A DNA stretch of 64,000 bases from an uncultured Candidatus Rokubacteria bacterium (GCA_963805625.1 CAWDVE010000010.1:1696001-1760000); one strand, 5' to 3'; numbered from the stretch's first letter, positions 9,291 through 19,400 are shown. The notes: generated by a model not told the origin, from the letters alone. Numbers and translations: made by a program.

Positions 9291-9337
9291 CCGTTGTCCC
9301 TCCCGACGTCAGGCGCGCGTCACCGAGCGCGCCGAGG

Positions 9338-10774
9338 TCACGCCCCGGGGTTCCGCTCCAGGACGACCGACACCCCATCCGACAGCTGAGTCATGCGTCC
9401 GAGGAACAGGCTGCCCTTGGCGAGAAGCATGACCCGCTGCATCGTACCATCGCGCAGACAGTCGAGGCCACGAGCGAGGTACGGGATCGCGGAGGCGATG
9501 TGTCCCTGCGTGGGCGAGAAGCCGGGGAGCCCGTGGCGGGTCACGAACGCTGGCATGTCCGCCCGCGTGATCTCGCCGGCGGCGACCGCCAGGGCCGCTA
9601 GGAGCTGGTAGTTCCTGCGGGCCACGTCGCCGCTTCCCGCCGGCTCCGTGAGCTCGGGATTCTGGAGCTCGGTCGCGTACTTGTCGACCTCGCGGAGGCC
9701 AAGACCGAGGCGCGCGAGAGGCTGCGCCACCAGCCGCTCGAGGATGGCCTGCTGGGACGACCCGGCCCCGACCGGATGGCGGCCAACTGCGTCGAGGCGC
9801 AGGAGCGGGCTCGCGCTGTCGTCGGGCTCGACGACGGTGGCCACGGCGGCCAGCGTGTCCTCGAGGATGGGCTGCTCATGCTGGAGGTGGCCCTGAAACT
9901 TCATCCCGAGCTTCGCGAGGGAGCCGCCACCGACCACCGCGACGCGCGGGAAGACGCCAGCCGCGACGAGGGCGCCAGCCATGATCAGGGCGTGGACGGG
10001 CCCGCAGCAGAACGCCTTGACATCCGCGCCAGTGGCCTCCACGAGCCCGCAGCTTTCAGCGATGGCCTTCGCCAGATTCCCACCGCCTCGCTGGTAGCGC
10101 TCCCCGACAGCCTCCTCGCCGCAGTTGAGAACGTAAGGGATCGTCTCCGGGTCGTACGCGCCGTCGCGAAGCACCGCCCGGAGCGCCATCACGGCCGTGG
10201 CCTTGCAAGCGAGATTCTCCAGGACGACATCGGCCGTGAGCGTCGCGTCCGCATCATGGCCACGGCTCACACAGCCGACCAGTCGGCCGTCGCCGAGTCG
10301 CAGTGGAAGTGCCACACCAGGACTCGACAGCCGATCTTCGATGACACTCGCGGGATGACCGTCGCCGAGTCGCTCGAGATCTGCCTTCCCGAGGAGCGGG
10401 TGATCCGACAGCGCTCGCCGCACCTCGCGCGTGAACGTCGCGTCCAGCCCGACAAGCTCGAAAGCGTCCACGATCCGGAGGAGTCCGTAAAGCTCTGCCT
10501 CGGGCATCAGTTCGCCGTGTGGCTGCCAGCGCGGCACGGGCTCGCTGGCCAGAAACCAGGGGCGCTGCCTTTCGCGTAGTGTGTCCGGGTCGAGCGATCC
10601 CAAAAACGCCTGGTGCGGCGGGTAGGCCAGGGCGTGCTCGTAGGGCCGCAAGTGAGTCGCTAGCCGTTCGGCCAGGCTGGGCGTGGTCGCCAGCTCCCGG
10701 GCAGGCTTGGACCCATGCTGGACAAGTCCCGGGACGTGGGCCAGGAAATTGCGGGCAATTCGGACCACCGGCAT
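9338..10774 (-). CDS. grdC: Reductase component C subunit beta (GrdC, FabH-like)
   Basis: AYPPHQAFLG; ENLACKATAV; EEAVGERYQRGGGNLAKAIAE; DVKAFCCGP; AKLGMK; PGFSPTQGHIAS; KGSLFLGRMTQLSDGVS. Confidence 0.93.
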   Translation of the reverse strand: MPVVRIARNFLAHVPGLVQHGSKPARELATTPSLAERLATHLRPYEHALAYPPHQAFLGSLDPDTLRERQRPWFLASEPVPRWQPHGELMPEAELYGLLRIVDAFELVGLDATFTREVRRALSDHPLLGKADLERLGDGHPASVIEDRLSSPGVALPLRLGDGRLVGCVSRGHDADATLTADVVLENLACKATAVMALRAVLRDGAYDPETIPYVLNCGEEAVGERYQRGGGNLAKAIAESCGLVEATGADVKAFCCGPVHALIMAGALVAAGVFPRVAVVGGGSLAKLGMKFQGHLQHEQPILEDTLAAVATVVEPDDSASPLLRLDAVGRHPVGAGSSQQAILERLVAQPLARLGLGLREVDKYATELQNPELTEPAGSGDVARRNYQLLAALAVAAGEITRADMPAFVTRHGLPGFSPTQGHIASAIPYLARGLDCLRDGTMQRVMLLAKGSLFLGRMTQLSDGVSVVLERNPGA

Positions 10775-11421
10775 CCGTCCCGCACCCATCGTCACGTGCC
10801 CTCACCCCGGGCGGGAAATCTCTCCCACCCGCCGCGACAGGGTATCACGCGGCTTTGTCAGTCAGCGAAAGCAAGATCACCGGACGCTGGCACAGATCTG
10901 TCGACGTGGAAGGACTTTGCCGGGCCGGATGACCGGATTCTCGCGGCGGAATGAGGACGCCACAGCAAGCCAATGCGCGGCTCGTCCAAGCTCGTCACCC
11001 GCATCGCGACCGCCCGGATCTGAACGCCAGACCGGAGGGCCAATGTCGGAGGATGGAGAGCACCCTGACACCGCCCGCGCCGGCCGCGCACCGTCGAAGT
11101 CGAGTGAGTCAGGGCGGTCTCTGTCTGCCTACCCTCCCGGAGAGGGCGAAACGGGGCCTTACGCCGACAACCCCCGGCCCCGAGAACATGGTACAGTCAC
11201 CGCGCCTTCCATCAGGCTGTGTGGTTGACGCACTCCGGCGTCCAGCCTCCTGGCATCTGGCTTGTCTCCCCAAGGTCGACAACCAGGGAGATCTCCCAAT
11301 GCCAGACCAAAGCATCCTCAGGGGAAAGCCGCCCACGCAGCGATCCAGGCAGGGAAGCTTCCGGCCCGGTCGGCACGATGACCTTGCAAACTGAGACCCT
11401 ATCCAGGAAGGAGCTCACACG

Positions 11422-12414
11422 ATGATCACCAGGCGTGACCTCTTGCGCAGTGTCGCAGGGACGGTAGGCCTGCTCGGATGGCCACCTGGACACGCCTCCG
11501 GGGAGCCGCCGCCGGAAACGACGAGGCTGAGGATCGCGCAGCTGCCGAGCATCTGCATAGCCCCTCAGTACATCGTCGGGGAGCTCCTGAAGGCCGAGGG
11601 GTTCACCGACATCACGTACGTCAAGACGGCCATCGCTGATGTATCGAAGGCTCTGGCATCAGGGAAGGTCGATGTCTCCCTGCACTTCGTCGCGCCGCTG
11701 GTCGTTCAGCTGGACGCCGGCGACCCTATCACGCTCTTGGGCGGTGTGCACGTGGGATGTTTCGAGCTGTTCGGGACAGACCGAGTGCGCGTGATCCGGG
11801 ATCTGAAGGGGAAGACGGTCGCGGTGACCGGGCTCGGGTTGACCCAGCATGTCTATCTGTCCACATTGGTGGCCCACGTGGGGCTGGATCCGCGCAAGGA
11901 CATCAACTTCGTCGAGCATCCCGCCACCGAGGGCAAGCAGCTGCTCGCGGAGGGAAAAGTGGACGCCTACCTCGGGTTCCCGCCGGACCCGCAGGAGCTC
12001 CGTGCCCGGAAGGTCGGACACGTCGTCGTCAACAGCGCGGTCGACCGGCCGTGGTCGCAGTACTTTTGCTGCATCGCCACGGGTCATCGGGAGTTCGTCC
12101 GCAAACATCCGATCGCGACAAAGCGGGCGCTGCGGGCGATCTTGAAGGCGGCCGACATCTGCGCTCTCGAGCCAGAACGGGCCGCTCGGGCCCTCGTCGA
12201 CGGCGGCTTCACGCCACGCTACGACTATGCGCTCCAGACCATGAAGGATGTTCCGTACAACAAGTGGCGCGTCTACGATCCGGAGGATTCCGTCCGCTTC
12301 TATGCCCTCCGACTCCGTGAGGCGGGCATGATCAAGTCGACGCCGCAGCGCCTCATCGCGCAGGGCACCGATTGGCGCTTCCTCAAGGAGCTGAAGAAGG
12401 AGTTGAAGGGATGA
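11422..12414 (+). CDS. NitT/TauT (NMT1/SsuA-like) substrate-binding protein with Tat signal, no transporter nearby
   Basis: TRRDLL twin-arginine motif; EPPPETTRLRI; DLKGKTVAV; RBS AGGAAGGAG. Confidence 0.88.
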   Translation: MITRRDLLRSVAGTVGLLGWPPGHASGEPPPETTRLRIAQLPSICIAPQYIVGELLKAEGFTDITYVKTAIADVSKALASGKVDVSLHFVAPLVVQLDAGDPITLLGGVHVGCFELFGTDRVRVIRDLKGKTVAVTGLGLTQHVYLSTLVAHVGLDPRKDINFVEHPATEGKQLLAEGKVDAYLGFPPDPQELRARKVGHVVVNSAVDRPWSQYFCCIATGHREFVRKHPIATKRALRAILKAADICALEPERAARALVDGGFTPRYDYALQTMKDVPYNKWRVYDPEDSVRFYALRLREAGMIKSTPQRLIAQGTDWRFLKELKKELKG

Positions 12415-12703
12415 TCGGACGGCGCGCGTGCATGCATCCGCACCGCCCGTGGGCATCGCGGTTGCTCAGCGTGTCCCGGGTCGAAGCCGAGCCGTCGCCG
12501 ACGCTCCGAATACGTCATAGCGCCGACTAGGAAAGATCGCCCATCGGACCGTCGAGGCGCGGGCGCTGAAGGTTCCCCCCGCCCGCCTAGGACACTCGGG
12601 CCGACGGGCAATGGCCCGCCCCATGCCCCGGGCGCCATCCCCCCCGCAGCGGGCCATCCGACACCTCGGCCGCTCGTGAACTTGAGCTCGGCTCACGGGC
12701 ACC

Positions 12704-14230
12704 TTAGTGTTCGCGGACTGCACCATTCGGCAGTGTGAAGGCGAACGTCGAGCCCTTTCCCATCTCGCTCGTGACCCAGATGCGCCCGCCGTGGAGCTCG
12801 ATGAACTTCCGGGTCAGCGTGAGCCCGAGGCCTGTCCCCTCTCGGTTCTGTGGCCCGCTGCCCACCTGACGGAACTCCTCGAAGATCGTCGCCTGGTCCG
12901 CGGGGGCGATCCCGGCGCCGGTGTCGCTGACCGTGATCTCGACCATCCCGGGACTATGGGAGGGCCCATCGGCCGGAGTCGCCATCACCGTGACGCGCCC
13001 GCCGTCCGGAGTGAACTTGACCGCGTTCGAGAGGAGGTTCAGCAGAATCTGTTTGAACTTTCGCTCATCGCCGACGAGTTCGCCGAGACTCGGTTCCACG
13101 ACAAGGTCGAGCGAGATGCCGTGTCGCCCCGCGCGCTCCCTCATGAGGGTCACCGCGTTCTCCAGGGCGGATGGCAGGTCGAAACGCACCAGCTCGAGCT
13201 CCATCCGTCCGGCTTCGACCTTGGAGAGGTCCAAGATGTCGTTGATCAGCGAGAGTAGATGGCGGCCGGACGTGAGGATGTCCTGGATGTACTCCGCCTG
13301 TTTGTCGTTTAGCTCCCCGAACATCCGCTCTTGAAGAACTTCCGAGAAGCCGATGATCGCGTTGAGCGGGGTTCGAAGCTCGTGTGACATGTTGGCCAGG
13401 AACTCGGACTTGTGCTGGTTGGCCGTCTCGATCTGCCGATAGAGGCGGCCGAGCTCGTCGCTCATCCGGTTGAGATTCGCCGCCAGGGCCCCCAGCTCGT
13501 CTCGATTTGAGACTTCCACCCGTTTGGCGAAGTCTCCCTCCGCGATCTCCCGGAGCCTGACGTCCATCTGCTTCACCGGGCCGATCAGGGACCACGAGAT
13601 CGCATAGCCGAGAACCAGGGCAAGAAGGACGCTCCCCACCGCGAAGCCCACGACCACCCGCTGCGACGTGATGTAGGCGTCGTGGCTCGCCTCGATGCCC
13701 GCCACCATGTCGGCCTCCGCCTTGTTCACAAGCTCGTTAGTCACGCGCTCGAGACTTTCGGCCAGTGCGCCCGCCCGGCTGAGCTGCAGCTCACGGCCCT
13801 CGGCCGCCCGCCCTCTCCGGATCAGCTCGATCACCTGGGTGACGACCTTGATGAACTCCTCGTAGTCCTGGCGCACACGCCCCAACAGCTCGACTTCGTC
13901 CTGCGCGACGAAGGCGAGCCGGTCGAGGTCGTAGCCAAACTGGTTCAGCTGGCGGAGCGTGGCCTCGAGCGTCCGTTCATCGGGGACCAGGAGCGCGGAG
14001 GACACGCTGTAGAGCTGGCTGATGGTGTCGTGCTGGAGCTGTCGGTAGGCGGCGATCTTCCGCTGGAGCTTGACCATGTTCTCCGCCCGCCGGTTCACTC
14101 CGCTCAGCACCTCGAGACCTGCCGCCCCCACCACGATCAGCAGTCCGACGATCGCCAGGAAGGCGAGGACGAGCTTCCCGTGGACGGTGAGCGGGAGCCG
14201 CGCGACCAGCCGGGGAAGCCAACGGATCAC
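12704..14230 (-). CDS. Membrane sensor histidine kinase (periplasmic helical domain, HAMP, HisKA, HATPase)
   Basis: Two TM helices; NRDELGAL; [15 protein letters not shown]; NLLSNAVKFT; DTGAGI; GTGLGL; GTG start overlaps SCO stop. Confidence 0.92.
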   Translation of the reverse strand: MIRWLPRLVARLPLTVHGKLVLAFLAIVGLLIVVGAAGLEVLSGVNRRAENMVKLQRKIAAYRQLQHDTISQLYSVSSALLVPDERTLEATLRQLNQFGYDLDRLAFVAQDEVELLGRVRQDYEEFIKVVTQVIELIRRGRAAEGRELQLSRAGALAESLERVTNELVNKAEADMVAGIEASHDAYITSQRVVVGFAVGSVLLALVLGYAISWSLIGPVKQMDVRLREIAEGDFAKRVEVSNRDELGALAANLNRMSDELGRLYRQIETANQHKSEFLANMSHELRTPLNAIIGFSEVLQERMFGELNDKQAEYIQDILTSGRHLLSLINDILDLSKVEAGRMELELVRFDLPSALENAVTLMRERAGRHGISLDLVVEPSLGELVGDERKFKQILLNLLSNAVKFTPDGGRVTVMATPADGPSHSPGMVEITVSDTGAGIAPADQATIFEEFRQVGSGPQNREGTGLGLTLTRKFIELHGGRIWVTSEMGKGSTFAFTLPNGAVREH

Positions 14231-14967
14231 GGCGCCTTGGTCTCCCGCAGGAGGCTCCGGATGTCTCGAAGGAACTCGTCGGGATCGAAGCGGATGCCGA
14301 GGTACTGGACGCGCAGGGTCCCCCGCTGGTCGACGATCGAGGTCAGGAAGGTGTGGTCGACGTCGCCCCGCTCGGTCTTCTTGGCGTAGATCCCGTACTG
14401 CCGCCCGACGTCCCGGATCTCGGCGGGCCTGCCCGTCAGGAAGGCCCAGCCCGCCGGATTGGCTCCGTGGTTCCGGGCGTACTGCGCGAGGACTTGGGGG
14501 GTGTCTCGCTCGGGATCCACGGTGATCGACACGAACCGGACCTTCGAGCCGAAGTCGCGACCCAGCCGCTTCTGCATCCCCGCCATCTTGGCCGTCAGGA
14601 GCGGACACGTGTCCGTGCAGGTGGCATAGATGAAGGTGACAGCGACCACCTTCCCGCGCAGGTCGTCGAGCGACAGGCGGCCGCCGTCGGTATTGGTCAG
14701 CGTGAACTCGGGCGCCGGCCCGATCTCCGAGAGCCGCCCGTTCTCCTTCGCCTTGTGCGCCGTGGCTAGCGTTGACACGGTGACCACGGTCAGGGCGATC
14801 AGGACGACGACCGCCGCACGGCGGCAAAGATCTTCGCGTACGAGCCGGATCCGCGCACTCTTGAGCGACGGCTCGACGTTCACCCGTCCCGGGCGAAGCC
14901 CTAGGAGCCCGCCGTTGCCGAGCGTCGAAAGCCGGGCGAACAGCACGCGCCGGCTCACGCGGCTCAT
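14227..14967 (-). CDS. SCO1/SenC family copper chaperone (true start may be downstream)
   Basis: FIYATCTDTCP (CxxxC); SITVDPERDTP; VDHT. Confidence 0.9.
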   Translation of the reverse strand: MSRVSRRVLFARLSTLGNGGLLGLRPGRVNVEPSLKSARIRLVREDLCRRAAVVVLIALTVVTVSTLATAHKAKENGRLSEIGPAPEFTLTNTDGGRLSLDDLRGKVVAVTFIYATCTDTCPLLTAKMAGMQKRLGRDFGSKVRFVSITVDPERDTPQVLAQYARNHGANPAGWAFLTGRPAEIRDVGRQYGIYAKKTERGDVDHTFLTSIVDQRGTLRVQYLGIRFDPDEFLRDIRSLLRETKAP

Positions 14968-15241
14968 TCTTCAGGCCCCGCTCGGGCCCCTGGAGGTCAT
15001 GGAGTGCTTGAGTGCTGCCATGCACATTTCCTGAGGACCTCCCCCCGACCGGCGCCGATTGCCCGGAGTGTAGCGTGCTCAGAGCCGGGCGAGCAACAGG
15101 CCAATCGCGGGAGGGACGGTTGAACCACCGTCCTTGGCATCGGGCCGGCGCGAGCAACGTTGGCCGACGAGGTTCGACTGACTGCCAGTCGGAGAGGCTG
15201 GCACTCGCATCGTGGGCTACGGCGTGGGCCCCGACGCTGAT

Positions 15242-15285
15242 TGGAGCGGGCGACCGGAATCGACCGGCGACGTCCAGCTTGGGAA
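15242..15285 (-). tRNA. 3' half of tRNA-Gly(CCC), non-functional fragment, probable att site
   Basis: Minus strand TTCCCAA GCTGG ACGTC GCCGG T(-)CGATT CCGGT CGCCCGC T CCA: anticodon loop, T arm lacking one T, acceptor strand and CCA; no 5' half. Confidence 0.8.
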
Positions 15286-15290
15286 TTTCC

Positions 15291-15852
15291 TGTCCTTCGC
15301 CAAAACTCCGTCCGTCGGCCAAGCGGTTGATATGTCGGTTCTGATCCGGAGAGAATCCCAGCTCGAATGATCACACTCCTGCTCCACCTGCTTCGACTCC
15401 TCCCGTTCGTCTGCGGCGGCCACCGCCAGCTCGCCCTGGAGAACCTCGCCTTGGGCCAGCAACTCGCCGTATACAAGAGAACGGCGACCCGGTCCAAGCT
15501 TCGCCGGACTGATCGCCTCTTCTGGGTCTGGCTGGCCAGGGTCTGGGCCGGGTGGAGGCAGCCCCTCCTAATCGTGACCCCCGCCACCGTCCTGCGGTGG
15601 CAGCGGCGCCACTTCCGCGAGCACTGGACTACCCTCTCCGGCCGGCCTCAGGTGGGCCGTCCGCCGGCCAACGCGGAGATCGCCGCCCTCGTCAGACGAA
15701 TGGCCGAGACGAATCCCTTGTGGGGCGCGCCCCGAATCGACGGCGAACTCATGAAGCGCGGCGTCGAGGTGGCAGAGCGAACCGTCTCCCGGCTGCCCCC
15801 GAAGCGGCGCTCTGAACAAGCCGCACATCGCAAGCCTCATCCTGCCCGCTAA
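15291..15852 (+). mobile_element. Truncated IS (integrase-core transposase N-terminus, IS481/IS3-like) with left end TGTCCTTCGCCAAAACT
   Basis: ORF 15367-15852: LALENLALGQQL..DRLFWVWL..VTPATVLRW..GRP..NPLWGAPRI.GEL..VAERTVSR; DDE domain missing. Confidence 0.85.
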
Positions 15853-16209
15853 GCTGTGGGAGCGCGTCGCCGCCCCTGGCCACGCCTACCGCCACGACAC
15901 CATGTCGTGAGAACGTCATCGTGGCGACAGTAACCTGTCGGATCCGGGCGATCCCGGGCTTCATCGCCACGCGTGCGGCAAACGCCGACTGATGTGTCGA
16001 CGCGCGGGGTTGAGAATGGGTCCTCCCGCTGGCGCCGTCGCGGCGGGGGCCGCGCTCTGGTGGGAGAGATCCACCGTAGCGGAAGGCGGATTCTATGGCA
16101 GGTCCGGTTCGTGCACAGTCCGCCGACCACCGTCTGCCCGGCGCGCGGGGCGCGCGCGCGTAGGAGTGCAATCGCCCGAGCGTCCGAGGGGACGCAGGAG
16201 CCCAGCGCC

Positions 16210-18000
16210 ATGGCACTGCGAATCGAGGACTATGCGATCATCGGGAACTGCGAAACGGCGGCCCTCATCGGTCGAGACGGCTCGATCGACTGGCTCTGCA
16301 TTCCCCGCTTCGACTCGCCCGCTTGTTTCGCGGCGCTCCTCGGGACGGCCGAGCACGGCCGGTGGCTCGTCGCGCCCGTCAGCCCCGTGCGGACGGTCCG
16401 GCGACGCTATCGGCCAGGGACGCTGGTCCTCGAGACGGAGCTCGAGACCGAGGAAGGCATCGTCGTCCTGATCGACTGCATGTCGATGGGAATGTCCGCG
16501 CCCGCTCTGGTCCGGATGGTCGAGGGCAAGCGCGGCGCCGTTCCCATGCGGTTCGAGCTGGTCATCCGACTGGACTTCGGTTCGCGCATTCCGTGGGTTC
16601 GACACTGCGATGACGGACTCCGCGCGATCGGAGGTCCCAACGCCTTGCGGCTCTGGACGCCGGTTCCCGTCCGAGGGCAGGACTTCCGCACGGTCGCCGA
16701 GTTCACCGTGGGGGCGGAGCAGGCCGTGCCATTCGCACTCACCTGGTATCCGTCGCACGAGCCCGAGCCCTCGGCGCCGCTCCCGGAGGCTGCGATCCGC
16801 GAGACCGAGGCCTGGTGGCGCGACTGGTCGGCCCGGTGCACCTACGAGGGGGACTGGCACGAGCCCGTGGTCCGCTCGCTCATCACGCTGAAGGCGCTCA
16901 CGTATGCGCCGACCGGCGGCCTGGTGGCGGCGGCCACGACCTCGCTGCCCGAGCGCCTTGGCGGCGTGCGGAACTGGGACTACCGGTTTTGCTGGCTCCG
17001 CGATGCCACCTTCGCGCTGTACGCCCTGATGACTGGCGGATACGTGGAGGAGGCGCGAGCTTGGCGGGAGTGGCTCGTGCGCGCGGTGGCCGGCCGCCCC
17101 GCCCACGCTCAGATCCTCTACGGCGTCACGGGAGACCGGCTGCTTCCGGAGTGGGAGCTGTCGTGGCTCCCGGGATACGAGGGCTCTGCCCCGGTCCGGA
17201 TTGGCAACGCGGCGAGCACGCAATTCCAGCTCGACGTCTATGGGGAAATCGTCGACGCGCTCCACTGCGCTCGGCGTATCGGCCTCGAGCCGGACGAGAA
17301 TGCCTGGCGCGTCGAGCGGGCGATAGTAGAGTACGTCGAGTCTGTGTGGCGGGAACCCGACGAGGGGATCTGGGAGGTTCGCGGACCCCGCCGCCCGTTC
17401 ACGCACTCTCGGGTCATGGCCTGGGTCGCGGTGGACCGCGCGGTCAAGGCCGTCGAGCGGTTCGGCCTCGCCGGCCCGACGGAGCGGTGGCGCCAGGTCC
17501 GGGAGGTGATTCACGAGGACGTCTGCCGCTACGGCTACGACTCCGACTTGGGCACCTTCGTCCAGTCCTACGGCTCCAAGCTTCTCGATGCGAGCCTCCT
17601 GATGATTCCGCTCGTCGGCTTTCTGCCGGCCACCGACTCGCGCGTGCTCGGCACGGTGCAGGCGATTCGCCGCCACCTGGTCTCAGATGGCTTCGTGGCG
17701 CGGTACCAGACGCGGCCTGACGTCGACGGTCTGCCGTCAGGCGAAGGCGTCTTCCTGGCGTGCACCTTCTGGCTTGCCGACAACCTCGCGCTCCAGGGTC
17801 GCGTGACGGAGGCGCGCGAGCTCTTCGAGCGTCTGCTTGCGCTGCGAAATGACGTCGGCCTTCTGTCAGAGGAGTACGACCCCGCCTCGCAACGCCTGCT
17901 CGGGAACTTCCCTCAGGCAGTCACCCACATGGGTCTCATCAACACAGCGCGCAACCTGACTCGCCAGGGGGGACCCGCCGAGCACCGCTCGGGCCAGTGA
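16210..18000 (+). CDS. Glycoside hydrolase family 15 (trehalase/glucoamylase-like)
   Basis: IEDYAIIG; AAATTSLPE; RNWDYRFCWLRD; QLDVYGE; GIWEVRG; GLLSEEYD; LGNFPQA. Confidence 0.93.
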   Translation: MALRIEDYAIIGNCETAALIGRDGSIDWLCIPRFDSPACFAALLGTAEHGRWLVAPVSPVRTVRRRYRPGTLVLETELETEEGIVVLIDCMSMGMSAPALVRMVEGKRGAVPMRFELVIRLDFGSRIPWVRHCDDGLRAIGGPNALRLWTPVPVRGQDFRTVAEFTVGAEQAVPFALTWYPSHEPEPSAPLPEAAIRETEAWWRDWSARCTYEGDWHEPVVRSLITLKALTYAPTGGLVAAATTSLPERLGGVRNWDYRFCWLRDATFALYALMTGGYVEEARAWREWLVRAVAGRPAHAQILYGVTGDRLLPEWELSWLPGYEGSAPVRIGNAASTQFQLDVYGEIVDALHCARRIGLEPDENAWRVERAIVEYVESVWREPDEGIWEVRGPRRPFTHSRVMAWVAVDRAVKAVERFGLAGPTERWRQVREVIHEDVCRYGYDSDLGTFVQSYGSKLLDASLLMIPLVGFLPATDSRVLGTVQAIRRHLVSDGFVARYQTRPDVDGLPSGEGVFLACTFWLADNLALQGRVTEARELFERLLALRNDVGLLSEEYDPASQRLLGNFPQAVTHMGLINTARNLTRQGGPAEHRSGQ

Positions 18001-18399
18001 CCCAGGGGAGGACGTCGGACGGATCGAGCCGAGTTGCAGGCTCCCGTCGAGCGAGCCGAGCAGGGAGACAGCGACCGACAAACTCCGACACGCGACCGGG
18101 GAGCGATTGAACTCGTGCCGCACGAGCTCTCGAAGGTCCGCCCCCTGCACGGACCTGCCCATGATCTTCTTCTTGGCGCTCCAGCACTAGCTCGTTCGAC
18201 GAGGGGGCCAGGACGGAGGCCGCGTCGCACGACGTCGCATTGTCCGCGCCGCGCCAGCGTGTCGTCGTCATCCGAGTGGGGGCAGGAGCGGCTAGGCCGC
18301 GTCGGGCCCGTGACACCACCATCCGGGGCGTGGGCGCCACCTGCGCTCGGCTTCCAGCCCCAAAGGCGCGTCGGCCAGGGCTCGGAGGACTCACGCCGG

Positions 18400-18625
18400 C
18401 CCGCGGGCACTGGCGGGAACCACCGCGGTCGAACGCCCGTCATGCGAACGGTGTGACGCCGAGCCACGCCCGTCCATCAAAGGTGTCGAGGTTGAGGCGG
18501 GGCCACACGAAGGGCCTGAGGATCCCGGAATCCAGAGGCCAATGGAGAAACGCAAGGTCGCGCTACCGCATGGTCATGACCCACGGTCGGCTGGGCACGG
18601 ACCACGGTCGGTGGTCCGACGGCAT
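18400..18625 (-). pseudogene. YqjF/DUF2071 family N-terminal remnant
   Basis: MPSDHRPWSVPSRPWVMTMR*RDLAFLHWPLD..LDTFDGRAWLGVTPF, then frameshift to MTGVRPRWFPPVP; TAG at 18563-18565 replaces Trp. Confidence 0.75.
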
Positions 18626-18693
18626 GCTCCTCAGCGACTCCGCCGCGGCCAACGCCGCGCCTCGAGCCGAGGGGCGACTGGGGGCGGACCTCG

Positions 18694-19110
18694 TCAACCG
18701 TTCCCCGAGGAACGCCGCCTTCGCCTGGTTGCGGCCGTTCGGGCTTGATGTGCGAGCGCGGTCGACGAGGCGGCCCCTTGGCCCTCCCGCTTGAGCGCCC
18801 GCAGCGTCGCCCGGGATCGGGCCGGAGATTCCGGGGCGCCCTGGTGCGCTTGCCCGCGTTGATAGGCGCGGGTGGCGCTCCGGCGCGTCCGCTCCGAAGT
18901 CTCTCCCTTGGCAGGTGGCTTCAGCGGAACCCCCGCCCGGCGGGCCTTCGAGAGGCCGATGGCGATGGCCTGCTTGGTCGATCGGGCTCCGTGTTTGCCC
19001 TCACGAATGTGCTCGATCTCCTCGCGCACGAACTCGCCCGCCTGTGTGCTGGGGGCCTTACCCTCGCGCCTGTCCTGTCGCGCCCGCTTGATCGTCCGCT
19101 TCTCCGGCAT
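18694..19110 (-). CDS. DUF6496-type basic putative DNA-binding protein
   Basis: STQAGEFVREEIEHIREGKHGARSTKQAIAIGLSKARRAGV. Confidence 0.8.
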   Translation of the reverse strand: MPEKRTIKRARQDRREGKAPSTQAGEFVREEIEHIREGKHGARSTKQAIAIGLSKARRAGVPLKPPAKGETSERTRRSATRAYQRGQAHQGAPESPARSRATLRALKREGQGAASSTALAHQARTAATRRRRRSSGNG

Positions 19111-19199
19111 TGATGGCTCATTTCTCGACGCCTGCCCCGCGGAATCTGTCAACAAGAATGAGACAGTTGGTTCTTGAGTTTAGTGGAGGGGCGCCTCCC

Positions 19200-19400
19200 G
19201 GCGGGCCCGATCGTCGCCGCGACGAGGCCGGTCTTCGCGCACTTCAGATCCCGGTAGTCGCCCGACAGCACCGGAGGCTGCGCGGCCCCGCGGGGCGGCC
19301 GTAGTTTGGGTGGTTGAAGAAGGCGATGGACAGCCGTGGTCCGCTCGGGCCATGAGCGGCGGGCGGGGTCACGACGCGATGGAGGTTGGAGTGTTTGCGC
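19200..19400 (-). pseudogene. C-terminal remnant of a 2OG-Fe(II) oxygenase (IPNS-like)
   Basis: SNLHRVVTPP..RLSIAFFNHPNY, then PPVLSGDYRDLK in another frame. Confidence 0.65.

Noticed and set aside
10796-10900. Hairpin upstream of grdC as a possible glycine riboswitch
   Set aside because: Only a single GC-rich stem; I could not find the conserved aptamer elements. An Rfam scan would settle it
12704-15322. 872-aa kinase with a long N-terminal extension
   Set aside because: The extension is an alternative frame across the SCO gene; the real start is the GTG at 14230
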